From positions 1 to 40,838 of the forward strand of contig NIVC01002105.1 of NCBI GenBank assembly GCA_002269645.1: 40,838 bases of DNA, written 5' to 3'. This stretch comes from Macrostomum lignano (lineage: Eukaryota). Positions 12,601-23,571 of this stretch are shown in pieces (position 1 is the first letter of the stretch; each line of letters opens with the position of its first letter). Position numbers and translations under genes: made by a program. A model generated the notes under the pieces. It searched no databases and had not been told where the DNA came from. It saw only the letters and a list, made by a program, of their open reading frames with translations.

Positions 12601-15600
12601 AAATGTGGGAGAGTGAGAGGGGGAGAAATCCAGCAGCTTGGCATGCATGCGAGCAAGTGCAGCGCGGGACCAACTGGCTGATCCCATTGGGACTTCGCAA
12701 CGATAGCCCGAGGGAGAAAGAGAATGGGGGAGGACTAGTTGATGTCGAGTGCAGCGTCCCGACTGCACTGGGCTTAGCGATAGGGAGAAATTTTTCAAGC
12801 GTCATCAAAAGTCAGGCCACAGTCACCACCACATCATCGAGGCCTTCCAGAAGGCCTGGCACAGGGCTTGAAGTGGCGGCGGGCACAACTAAGCCTTACC
12901 AAGCCACCAGTACTTCGACAGCTCGTTCAGCGCGCTGATGGGCATGACGAGGGTGGCCACCATGAGGTCGGCCACGGCCAGGCTCACGATCAGGTAGTTG
13001 GACACGCTCTGGAAAAGCGAGTTTCGGGTGAAACGAATGTTCTCAAATAATGAGAGTATTTGAATGTTCTCAAATCCATAACACTTTGGAAAGTGTAGTT
13101 GTGGACTGCACGCTAAACCCTGGTTATGAGAATAGTCTGGATTGGATCTCAATGCCTCAATTTCCAAACCTGCTTGGGAATAGAAATCAATAAAGCAAAG
13201 CCTTGTGAATTATCAGACTTTGTTTGTTTCCATCTTTTCAACACATATTTTCCCCAGCTGCATCAAGCCCCTCCCCCATGGGCAGAGTGGTAAGTTTCCC
13301 AGGCTCATGTGAGAACAGGTGAGGGAGAGGAGAGCCGTTCGCGAGTTTGACAATGGGCTGCTGAGAGGCCAGTCCTCATCATTTCACACAAGCAGGTGGC
13401 TGACAGAAGTTCAAGGGGCTGAAGTGAGACAGAGAAGATTGAGGCATGGGAACAGACTGAAATAGTCGGAACTGCAGTGCATTTTCACAAAAATTGCATC
13501 TAACCCAACGTCTTCATAGGCATGAGGAACCCTTTTAACATAGGCTGCAATTTCTGCTGAGGCGTTGGTTGGTTCAGAAATGATTTGCTTGTACTTCGCA
13601 AAACTATAGGCTAAGATCCAAGTATGGCTGCACTTCGGGGACTAAGGAGCTGCTGGTCAGGGAGGCGGGGAGGGACTTGAGGAGCTGCACGAGTTTGTTT
13701 TGCAATCAGAAAGATAACAAGGCCACGCCTACGGAGCGGACTGTTTTCCTTTATTCTCCCTTTTGTAGAATCGCTTTTTCCTTATTATCTGCGCAGACTT
13801 CTTGCGGCATTCAAGTGTGTTTCTTCCTGTGGAAAGAGATGGACAGAGAGGAGGAGAGGGAGGGGAGAAATGCCGCATGTTGCGACTGGGACGGCAGGTG
13901 CGTCAGCCGGTGAGCTGCTCCTGGCCGTCATTATTTACAGTCGCTTAATAATTAATTCAGCCAAACTGATTGATTCCCGCTTGCTTCTAGAATAATGGAA
14001 GAAGCAGAGCTTGGTTGGCTTCTCCGCCCAGTTTTCTTTTCGCTTTCACTTTTCAGCACCCTCGTGATGCAAGCCATTCCTTCCTTTCTGCCTGTTTCAG
14101 TGTGGTCCACACCTTGCTTTCAGTGTGGACTGTTTTTCCTGCTTTGTGCATTCCATAAGTTTTTAGGGTTTCCCCTTTAGAGCTTGTTGAATTGCTGTGT
14201 TGAGGAGAAAGTTGCCGCTGGCATGAAAGTTGCGCTCCAGATAAATGGGAGAGAAAGTGAATTGACTAATATGACCTCAACTGAAATTCACTATAAACCG
14301 AGTCACAAACACAGACACAACGGGAGAAGTGCATCTCTGCATCAGCTTGAATTTTAAAACTCCCCCCCCGCGTTCCAGCCAAGGCCTCCTCTTCGAGTTG
14401 CAGGTCGGGCAGTCGAGACGTGAATGCAAATTTTAACCCCACTCAAAAACCGGTTCCAGCTCTCGCGGAGGAGAAGACGTGGACTGGGAATGAGCCGAGT
14501 CTCTCCGGCTGCTAGTTTATACCCGCAGACCCCTGCTCCCATGGCGGGTTTCTGAGCAAAATAGTAAAAGAAATTTAAAGATAAATGACCCGAATCTCAG
14601 CAATTTCCACTTTCTTGCTACACTCAGTAAGCTCAGCTCAGTGAACTTTTTGCCTCTTCATAACAGTAATAAAAAAATAATATTAATAGTAATTGATTAC
14701 ACCTGCCCCAATTGGCAGATGTGCAACCGACAGCTCAGCCGCAGCTATTGCGCGGCGCATCTGAAGGCTGCGTACTGCTGTTCAGTCCAAGGACTGGGGG
14801 GGGGTCGCCACACACCCTCAATTACCTCAGCTAATGCTGGCACCCATTTTATAGCTGGGTGAACTGAAGCAATGCAGATTTAAGTGTCCTGCTCAAAGAC
14901 ACAAATTGTGTCTAGTGGGATCGGGAATCGAACCCCCGACCTTTCAGTTGCGAGTCTGACGCTCTGACTACTGGGCTACAATTGGGATTGTCTAGGCTAC
15001 AATCCCCTATATTTTTAGGGTAGCTAATACTCGTAGTTGCATCTTAGAAACTACGTCATATGTCAGGAGGCAATGTTTATAGTGACAAATTGACTGACAA
15101 CCGACACTATTCAGATACGTTCTTTACTGAGGGCCTGTATGCTTCTACTTCTGTATTAACTGCGATTCCAGTCTTGAGAGACTTCCATGAGCTGGCCGTA
15201 ATGTTTTGGGCAAAGCGAATTATTTTAAATTTTATTCAGCGGCCTCGACTTGAACTGCTTGTTTCTACTTTAGTCGCAGCTTGTCAAGAGCATAGAGCTG
15301 GGCGCTGTAGTGTATAATGTATAAATTTAATGTGTAATGCAGCTCATATACTCGTACACTCCCACTTTTCTCAATAAAAAAGTGGCATTGCCAGTAATCC
15401 AAATTTATCAACTGTATTGCGAACGATGCGGTTTGCTCAACTTGGTTCTATCCCCCAAGGTCCTCGCGTTCATGCTTCTTGACCAGGATCAGCGTCATCC
15501 TTGCCATCAGTGTGAGCCTTGTCATCCTTGCCTGGGTCTCTTCTTGGCTTGACGTCATTTGAGTTGATTTGTTGAGTTGCCGCTCTCGCTCTGAGTTAGT

Positions 15601-15737
15601 TTAGTTGCTCTGAGTCCTTCAGACTGGGCGGTGGCTGGACAATGCTCTGATGATTTGATCGATGTGTCGCTTCCCGACTTGCCTGTTGACCAGAAGTCCA
15701 TAGAATACTGGACCACAGCTTCAGCAGAAATCCATCT

Positions 15738-15803
<66 letters not shown>

Positions 15804-18800
15804 AAAGTCTAGAGCAGGAGTGCTCAGGGTTCGGGTTAGGTCGGGCTTCGGGATCGGGATCCCGATGAATTTTCGGAATTGGGGTTCTGCAAATTTTCTC
15901 AGTTTCTTATATAATTACGAAAAAGTCCTTAGAAATGTCCTTAGAGTGTTTAAGCGTTTTATTGACAATAATTATACTGGAAAAAACAATAAACATAACG
16001 TGCTCAAGTGAATTTGACATTGATTATAAATTGAGCTGAAACAAGCCAATTGTCGAAAGTATAGTCGTCAATACCATTTCTCTTTCATGGCTATTGCAAA
16101 TTCCTTTGCAGCTGACAGCCTTCAAAACTACGGAATAGGGCTTCTATGGCCTTGTCGATTCCTGGGAGCCATGCATGCAGTCTAGCAATGGATTTCTTTG
16201 CAAAGATTCTTGGATGTCTACCATGAAGCAGTTCTAACACGATCTGTTGTACGCTCCTTGGAATAATGACTCGTACTCCCCAAAGTATGCTCAATGCACA
16301 ACTCGTTCCGCTTCCTGAAGTACTGTTCCAACTCTTGCTCACAGGTTTCTGGCCAACCATTTTGATAGTATCGAACAACTATCTGAAGCTGTGAATCTTC
16401 GTTTCGATTTGCATCTTTTCTGTATTCACTGGTAGCAGTTCTAGCCTGACCTCCAAGACACAAGGCACTGATAGACGCGAAAGTGCGTCAGCATTTGAAT
16501 GATCCTTTGTTCTTTTGAATTTGATGATATACTGATGGGGCGGAGTCCATCTTGGATGCGGCTCCTTTTCCCATGTTGCACTGAAGTAGATTATTTGTTA
16601 GTTTCTTTCGAGAAATTGACACCATGACCGACAAGTTTCTGGAGGAGGCGATAGTCACGACATCTCGCTCTGCTGCTTCCATCGCAGTCGCTAACGTTAG
16701 TGCGCATGCCAGGGTCAGCTTCTCTTCCTGTAGCCAACGCCGCTTGATGAGCCTGTTCCTGAGGCCAACGACGAACCCGTCTTTCAGAAAGTTTTCGTGG
16801 TCGCAAGTGGCTGTCAAACTCCGCAGACTTGCAACAAAGTCACTCACTGTTTCTCATTCATGTCGGATCTGACGAAAATCTTCGGCTTCGAGCGAAAGCA
16901 GGGGTCGGCAAACTTTTCTTTTTTCACGGGCCAGATAGGGAACCTAGTGTATGACTGCTGACCAGGGGAGGGCAGAGAGGAGAGGGAATTGAGAAGAGAG
17001 AATAGAGTAGAGAGATAGGAGAAAGGAGATGCGAGGGAATAAAGGAGAGGAGAGGGGAGGAGAGGAGAAAAAATGGAGGAAATCTGAGAAGAGACAAAAA
17101 CCTCGAGCGGGCCGGGGTTTGGCCGACCCCTTGGCTAAAGTGTTCCCTCAGCATCTTTACTTGATCTTCGTAAGCCACATCCATAGCAAGCAGGCGATAG
17201 CAAGCTGCGTTGCAATTGATATCAGTCATTGGCTATCACAGTGATCAGGCTCGCTCGCTTCAGTCACTTTATTCACGACGAGGAATTGCTTAAGTCGCTC
17301 TTCGTAGGCTTCCTATTATTAATCCGGTTTGGCCACACCAAACTCGCCAATTTTTGTACTCGCTGCCATTTTTTCCTCTTCTGCTTCAGTAACTACAATT
17401 CCAGTCTCAATAGATTGAAATGCAGATGGTAGCCATGTCCTTTACGGATGCTGCCACCAAAGAAGATTTTCGAATTACTGAGTAGTTTTAGCTGAACAGT
17501 TCTCTGCCAGAACTGCGGATTCCGCCGCCAAGTCAAAAAAGCAAATGGACAGGCAGGGTTAAATCGGCTTTCTTTTTCATCTCCTTACACACAAACGGGG
17601 GATCGTTTTGTTCGGCTGCGAAGGCCGCCGGGCCGATGGAAGCATCGCAACCATCTGGACCGTAGGTTCTTTGCACCAGTCCCAATTTAAAGCTAACGGT
17701 TGATTTTATGACCACTTTTATGCCTTTCTTTTCTTTTTATATGACTTTTACTAAGTCTAAACGTGTACGAGCGTAGTAGAGGCTTGGAAGTGCATCTGAA
17801 GGCATGGCGTAAAAGTGCCGCGTCTTGTCTCCAAGCTGCACAGCAAGAAGTAAACCGGCTAAATTTTGCAGTTTCTTGCGCAAAAATATTGCAGGTTGGG
17901 TACAATGCAATGGCATCTTGCTGAGAAGGAAAAACTGCAATCCGGCGGAGTGTTCCTCCCTCGCGAAGCCTCTTCAGCCAACTGCGGGCCTGTTAAATCT
18001 ACTGCTTCCTGTTTGCAGCGAGTCACAGCTCAAGAAATGACGTTTTGTGACTCGTAGAAGTCGATTGATTTTTACGAGCGCGTGATTTTATTGTGTATAA
18101 TCCGTCAAAGTCTGGTCCAGTTACCGTCGCAAGGAGGCATACTCGTAAAGATCAACAGCGAGCCAGTCGCGATCGCAAGCAAGGTTGCTAGGTAGGAAGG
18201 ACCAAGTTGAAGTTAAAACCGAAGCACAGATGGGCAGAAGAATGGGTGAAGCAGGCTGGATACCGATTAGATTCTCAATTATTCATCAAGCATCAGCCAA
18301 TTTACTGCCGCATCGGAATACTCTCCATCTCTTCTCTTGCTCTCCACCTTTCCTTTCTTCCTCCTTCTCACAGCATTGCATGCTGGACTGGCAGAACTCT
18401 GAGTTCAGGTGGGAACGGAGGCTGTTTTGAGTAGCAGTTGACGAAAAAGTGAAACGGTACTCCGATCACCAGAGGGAGGCTGAAAATGCCTTCTCTCGGT
18501 GAGAAATTGCACAATTCTGAGCTGAGGCCAGAGGTTCACCACCGGGTTTCCCCATTTACACAAGTGCTCATGAGCCAGGTGAGACAAGCAAAGATTAGAC
18601 AAGTGGTCATGAGCTAGGTGAGACAAGCAAAGATTAGACAAGTGGTCATGAGCCAGGTGAGACAAGCAAAGATTAGACAAGTGGTCATGAGCCAGGTGAG
18701 ACAAGCAAAGATTAGACAAGTGGTCATGAGCCAGGTGAGACAAGCAAAGATTAGACAAGTTCTCATGAGCCAGGTGAGACAAGCAAAGATTAGACAAGTG

Positions 18801-20337
18801 GTCATGAGACAGTGAGACAAGCAAAGATTAGACAAGTGGTCATGAGCCAGGTGAGACAAGCAAAGATTAGACAAGTGGTCAAGAGCCAGGTGAGACAAGC
18901 AAAGATTAGACAAGTGCTCATGAGCCGGTGAGACAAGCAAAGATTAGACAAGTGCTCATGAGCCGATGAGGCAAGCAAAGATTAGACAAGTGCTCATGAG
19001 CCAGGTGAGCCAAGCAAAGATTAGACAAGTGCTCATGAGCCGGTGAGACAAGCAAAGGCTGGGCAGCGAAGAAGGATGCGAAATTGGCGTGAAAACATTT
19101 TTATACTGCAAGTGACGCCCCGTTGCTTGATTGTCATGCTTTTCGGATCTCAAGAGGGCCATCATTTATGATGCCATGCTTTCCCATCGTTAGAGTTCAA
19201 GCTATATCAATGAAGACTTCCGCGTGCAGTCCATTGCTCGCTTCAAGTGCTCACATGAGCAATGGAGTAGTGAACCGAAAAGCACAAAGGAGTCGAGTTG
19301 CTCAGATAGAGCAAATTTATTTTTGGAGCAGAAATTGTACTCCTCACGCGATCACAAAGAAACTCGTGGCTTATGTTTCTTTAATAATTTTATCGTAAAT
19401 AAATGAAAGCTCAAGTCTTGCAATATTCTCTACACAAGGTTAAATCCTCTGAACTGATGCAAACTGGCTATCGCAAGAATAAGCACAACGCGATTTGGAA
19501 AACTCTAAAGAAGTTCGAGAAGCTTTCACAACCCGGGCAATTTTGGACCACTTTTCAAGAGTTTTTCTCCAATTTTCACCAAAAATGCCTTCTCATTATG
19601 CATTTGAAACCGAGGATGTAGCAGTAGCAAGGGTTTCTGACTGACTGTCATTTCAGGGCTGTTTTCAGACCTACTGATGAGAGCATATTTTTGCTATTTG
19701 TTGTATTTTGTAGTTGTAGTTGTACGTGTATGGGAGAAACTTTCTATACACCATGTTTGACGAATTACAGGGGAGAAATTCGCTTTTTCTACCGCATTAT
19801 AAGTAAAATAGGAGTATATTTTGAATATTTGACGTAGTCTATTTGCTGTAGAGCTCAAAGCTTTAACAGTTTTTCAACACACCCTGAGACGTCCATACCC
19901 TGTAAAGAGTTTCAACAGACCAGAAGTACTTAAAAGAATCAGTGTCAGAAAAATCAATACAATGCCAGTCAAGCAGTTCCACCCTTGAAAATGAATGGCT
20001 ACGTACAACTTAGCGCTTATAAACTTTGGAATACCCTGTCTTCAAAATATCGATGCATTGAACAAGTCGGGGAGTCAGACCTTACCTGCAAGTTCTTCTC
20101 CAGGATAATAGCCGCCACTACAAACACGTTGCCAATTATGGTGCACAGAATGATGACTCCCAGGATGCAGCTGGTCAGAACGATGTGCAAATACCCGTAG
20201 CGGGCTTGAAATGCCAGCGCAGTTACGTTGTCACCCGCCGGTAACGCAACCGTTCCTGTCGACACGTTGCTGTCGTTTCGCTGCATCGGTAGCGTCATAC
20301 CCTGACCAGGGGTTGCCATGGCAACGGAAGACCACAT
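9617..20337 (-). CDS. 5-HT1: 5-HT1-type serotonin receptor; complement(join(9617..10587,12900..13008,20086..20337)), ~443 aa
   Basis: Spliced sequence IGNVFVVAAIILEKNLQ/SVSNYLIVSLAVADLMVA...YWWL-G/[34 protein letters not shown], with TM3 Asp. Also [37 protein letters not shown] and [26 protein letters not shown]. All junctions are GT-AG and in phase (252+109+971 nt). The start Met (20337 or a slightly downstream ATG) is less certain. Confidence 0.93.
11122..11630. repeat. 23-bp minisatellite (GAGTCATTGTTACTGATTTGATT), ~22 copies, in the 5-HT1 intron
   Basis: Direct inspection; period 23 (e.g. gtcatt at 11131 and 11154). Confidence 0.97.
11785..11920 (-). mobile_element. Possible degenerate SINE remnant
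   Basis: Minus strand carries A-box-like TGGCGCAGTAGG and, downstream, GTGTTCTTGAGCAA, resembling the central domain of the SINEs at 14690 and 23646. No clear B box. Confidence 0.3.
14690..14985 (-). mobile_element. tRNA-derived CORE-like SINE, copy 1
   Basis: Minus strand TGTAGCCCAGTAGTCAGAGCG...GGTTCGATTCCC, then GTGTCTTTGAGCAGGACACTTAA...CATTGCTTCAGTTCACCCAGCTATAAAATGGG. Alignable end to end with 23646-23946. Confidence 0.85.
15741..15800. repeat. (CT)30 microsatellite
   Basis: Direct inspection. Confidence 0.99.
16899..17133. mobile_element. hAT-like MITE inserted into the Gypsy gag
   Basis: CAGGGGTCGGCAAAC ... GTTTGGCCGACCCCTTG termini and a GA-rich interior. Degenerate flanks (agcgaaag / ggctaaag). 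The gag reading (..REHFS / ..KPKIF) resumes on both sides. Confidence 0.7.
18560..19057. repeat. 39-bp minisatellite (GAGCCAGGTGAGACAAGCAAAGATTAGACAAGTGGTCAT), ~13 copies
   Basis: Direct inspection. It explains the LAHDHLSNLCLSH repeat ORFs. Confidence 0.96.
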
Positions 20338-21506
20338 CGTGCAGGTGCTGAAGATGCCGAGGACCAAGAAGCTTTTCCGATTCAATACTTACGCGGTCTA
20401 TCAGTAGCCTGCGAGAGACGGGCGAGAAATAAAGCTAACCGGAGGCAGGCAAGCAGCTGTCGAGCAAAGGCGCTGGTTTCCCTACTGCAGGCGCTACCAA
20501 GCATGGGAAACGGCGATTGGACAGCTCTGCTGACTGCCAATGAAAGGGGCGGGGTCCGGGCCTCCTGTCTTGTTCTTGTTTCTTTCTAGCATTCCTGTCC
20601 TTTCCTTGTTTTACAGAGCACAGGCAGCATGCATGAATGACGTGCTCCACTCGCATGCGGCCTTAAATCCTTCCCTATATTTTTCCTTGCTTGTTCTCCC
20701 TTTCTTCTTCGTCTGTTTGTCCCATTTTCGCACTTATCTTGGCTTGCTACTATCTTCTCGATTGATATATTTCTCTCTGTGTGTCTCTCGCTCCCCTTTT
20801 CACTTGCAACCGTAGCCTCTCATTCAGTAAGTACACGTAAAGTATTGCTGTTCAACATTGAAATCTACTTTCTAAAGCAACCAAGCAGAGCTGCCAACCT
20901 GCTGTCATTCAGAAAACACCTCGCATGCCTTGCTTTCATGCTGGCTCCCCCCAACATCTTTTGTTACAAAAGAAGTTTGCCAGACGCTGACGCTGACGCC
21001 CACAGAGTCAGAGGATCGCGAGGCTGCTTCCAAGATTTCCAGTCCAGCTAGACGCAATTCAGAGGCTCTCGGCAAAATCATTTCAGCTAAAGAGTTAAGT
21101 CAGAGCGTAGGCCCAACAATTGACTTTAGAGGTGGGGTGGGGGACATAATTGCAGGAGCGACGCAAAGTGAAGTGGGGTCGACACGGGGCTTGTTTCACT
21201 ACATGGCAGCTGCTGTCTCTGCCGCATGCTTCTACTGCTCCCAGTGTCTGGGCGTGTCAGCCTTAAGTCTGCACGGAGACTCCGCCTCTGCAGTGACTGT
21301 TTCGATTTTACGAGAAGCAAGGGTGGCAGTATAAGGAAACATGGTTGAAACATACCTTATGTAAATACCTAAGCCTGTGAAAACTTTGCAGCGAAGGTTT
21401 TCGTTGGGAAGCATTGGGCCGATTTTCGAATGCAACGTAAACTTTCGATGCAAGATCTTTTGTCATTCAATCGTAGGAAAGATTAACTTGTGCGGAGTCG
21501 AAGAGA

Positions 21507-22757
21507 CAGTGTTGGGCAAGTTACTCAAAAAAGTAACTTGCGTTACTGTAACTTAAGTTACCACTTTTTAAAAAGTAACTTACGTTAGCCTAGTAACTTT
21601 ATACAAAAACCCGGTAACTTTTAAGTTACTTCCGTTACTTACTTCCGTTACCTATGTTATTAACAAAATTTTCTGCTTTTTTAACATTGCAAATGCGCTG
21701 GAACAGCACAAATGATCGCGAAAGCCAGGAGGAAGAATAAAACAACATTAATTTCAGTAACTGTATTAAATTTTAATCACTTTAGGCCCTTTCCGTAAAA
21801 GAAGAGAAGCTGAAGGTCAGAAACGTTAAAGGCAAAACGCAATTTAATTTTTAATAACATTATAAGTTATAATACACAAGGACAACTTAACGTAACTTCA
21901 GTTGTCCTTGATAATACATCGCTCGTAATAAGTACCTGGCTTTACTCCACTCTATAGTCTGCTTTACTAGTCTTTTTATTTATTTTCAATTTATCATAAT
22001 ATTAAATTATTGTGCAGTGCAGTGCAGTGCCAGTGGACTTTAGTGGTGTAGCCAGGGAGGCCGCCTTAACAATCGTTGGGGCGGCAACTTCACCCCACCT
22101 GCAAGACACCCCACCTGGGGGGGTGGGGTTGGGCGTGGCGGGTACCAAAAACCATGAGGCGATTGAGTGCCTGCGGCGCTTAAATGAGTGCCTGCGGCGC
22201 TTAAATGAGTGCTTGCGGCGCTTAAATGAGTGCCTGCGGCGCTAAAAGTGGCAATGGCATGAGGCATGGCCAGCCAGGCCAACCCGCCCCCCCCCCCAAT
22301 TAAAATTCCTGGCTACGTCGATCACTGAGTGGATTTGTGGAGACTACAGATGAATTTCTTTCTTTGGTTGTTTGTTTCTAAGAACTAAACAAAATATTTT
22401 TATTAACTTAAAAACGAAAAGCAAAAATATTTTACCGAAAATAACAAAGTAAAAACATGTTTCAAGTATTTCTTTATTAATTACAGCGTAATACCGTATG
22501 ATATTATTCACTTAGTTTTGAATTTAGGAATGAAAAATGCTAAAAATGTGACAACTGGAGTAATAGCTAAGCATATCAGTTTTAAATTTAAATATTGCGA
22601 TTGTTGCAAAGTAACTGTAACGGACTTCCGAAATTTGAGTAACTTACCGTTACTCCGTTACCAAAATAGGAAAGTAACTTGCGTAAGGAACGCTTTACGA
22701 AAAAGTAACTTGCGTTACCATTTACAAGTTACTCGGTAACGGAAGTGCCCAACACTG
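21507..22757. mobile_element. Non-autonomous hAT-type DNA transposon, 1251 bp
   Basis: 12-bp perfect TIR CAGTGTTGGGCA / TGCCCAACACTG. Perfect 8-bp TSD CGAAGAGA (21499-21506 and 22758-22765). Dense subterminal GTAAC/GTTAC motifs at both ends. Confidence 0.92.
22041..22327. mobile_element. MITE nested inside the hAT element, carrying a 21-bp tandem repeat (22164-22247, 4 copies)
   Basis: Termini TAGTGGTGTAGCCAGGGA / TTCCTGGCTACG..CACTG. Flanks AGTGGACTT and AGTGGATTT (9 bp, 1 mismatch). Internal unit TGAGTGCCTGCGGCGCTTAAA. Confidence 0.65.
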
Positions 22758-23214
22758 CGAAGAGAGCTTTAAAGGCAAAATACGAGCCGTACGAAGTATT
22801 TCGGGGCCGTTGGCATATGCTCATAGCTTTAAGTACGGCATCCACTAACCGTTCGACTTGAATCTAGTGCAGTGAACGCTCTGTTTATACAACTCAAATT
22901 CATTTGTGCATACTCTATCCGGCATAGCGGATTCACCGCATGGAAAGTTCATACGAACAGCCTGTTTTTATAATATATTGGCATAGTAGCATGATATATA
23001 GTGAAGAATATTTTATTGACCAGTTTTGCATTAATATGAGCGTTAATAAATACTTGTTACCGATAGTACCTCTTAATCATCAGTAAATATTGGTAACAAA
23101 GGTATCAAAGATGATACTTTTGCTGAATAAATACTACATTTGAGATCATATGAGTTTTAAAAGTGCACCTCAATTCAGTCCTCAACGTCAACAACCGTTT
23201 GCAATAGCAGCAAC

Positions 23215-23220
23215 TTTATT
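23215..23220 (-). promoter_or_regulatory. Candidate polyadenylation signal AATAAA for the iGluR-S1 gene
   Basis: TTTATT on +, 15 nt downstream of the TGA at 23236-23238. Confidence 0.5.
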
Positions 23221-23235
23221 CAGCGCCCGAGTGTC

Positions 23236-23571
23236 TCAGCCACGCCTGTGGAAGATTCGGTAGCCTTCGGCGGGATCGTTGCCCAGGTAGGTGATCTCGA
23301 TCATAGAGCCGCATGAAATCTGCAGATCCGAGGCTGTCATGCCCTGCAATTGTGTGATTGTTTAAAGAGTTGGTAAGCAGTCTGCAAATTTTGGATTCAA
23401 GCCCAAATATAGCATGCGAGCATAAGGCCTCACCTTGGACGCATCTGGGGACAGCATCTGATTCGGTATGAACTCCTTCTCGCCGTGCAGCTTCACGTAG
23501 ACTCCGGTCGGGGTGATGCTGGTGACGAGGGCGCGGTAGGCCTTGTTGAATTCCAAGTCCGGGTCGGCTCT
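23236..23571 (-). other. Two exons encoding an S1/OB-fold RNA-binding-like domain (PNPase C-terminal type)
   Basis: RADPDLEFNKAYRALVTSITPTGVYVKLHGEKEFIPNQMLSPDASK / GMTASDLQISCGSMIEITYLGNDPAEGYRIFHRRG*, split by a 90-bp phase-0 intron (23344-23433). The pattern resembles the animal PNPT1 S1 domain as recalled from memory. Confidence 0.7.

Larger units (their letters stand above)
15200..17460 (-). mobile_element. Fragmented Ty3/Gypsy (Mag/K02A2.6-like) LTR retrotransposon remnant
   Basis: Gag N-terminus MAASTKIGEF..EAYEERLKQFLVVN from 17369, and gag core FVASLRSLTATCDH..FVVGLRN. RNase H tail RW..HQYIIKF..HSNADALSRL (~16470-16560). Integrase Zn-binding LWGVRVIIP..LLHGRHPRI..WLPGIDKAIE..GCQ (16091-16290). 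Integrase C-terminus GPVFYGLLVN..KRHIDQ (~15650-15715). Candidate polypurine tract followed by TGT at 15358. The outer limits are uncertain. Confidence 0.75.

Noticed and set aside
15825-15870. Telomere-like hexamers (GGGTTCGGGTTAGG...)
   Set aside because: Too short and degenerate; more likely subterminal repeats of an unidentified element.
18560-19057. CRISPR-like periodicity (also the 54-bp and 55-bp arrays)
   Set aside because: Units are head-to-tail near-identical with no unique spacers, there are no cas genes, and the context is eukaryotic.
19674-19680. CTGATGA as a possible hammerhead ribozyme core
   Set aside because: No stem II followed by GAAA and no closing stems.
20930-21453. 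ORFs of 75-134 aa upstream of 5-HT1
   Set aside because: No recognisable homology or exon chain.
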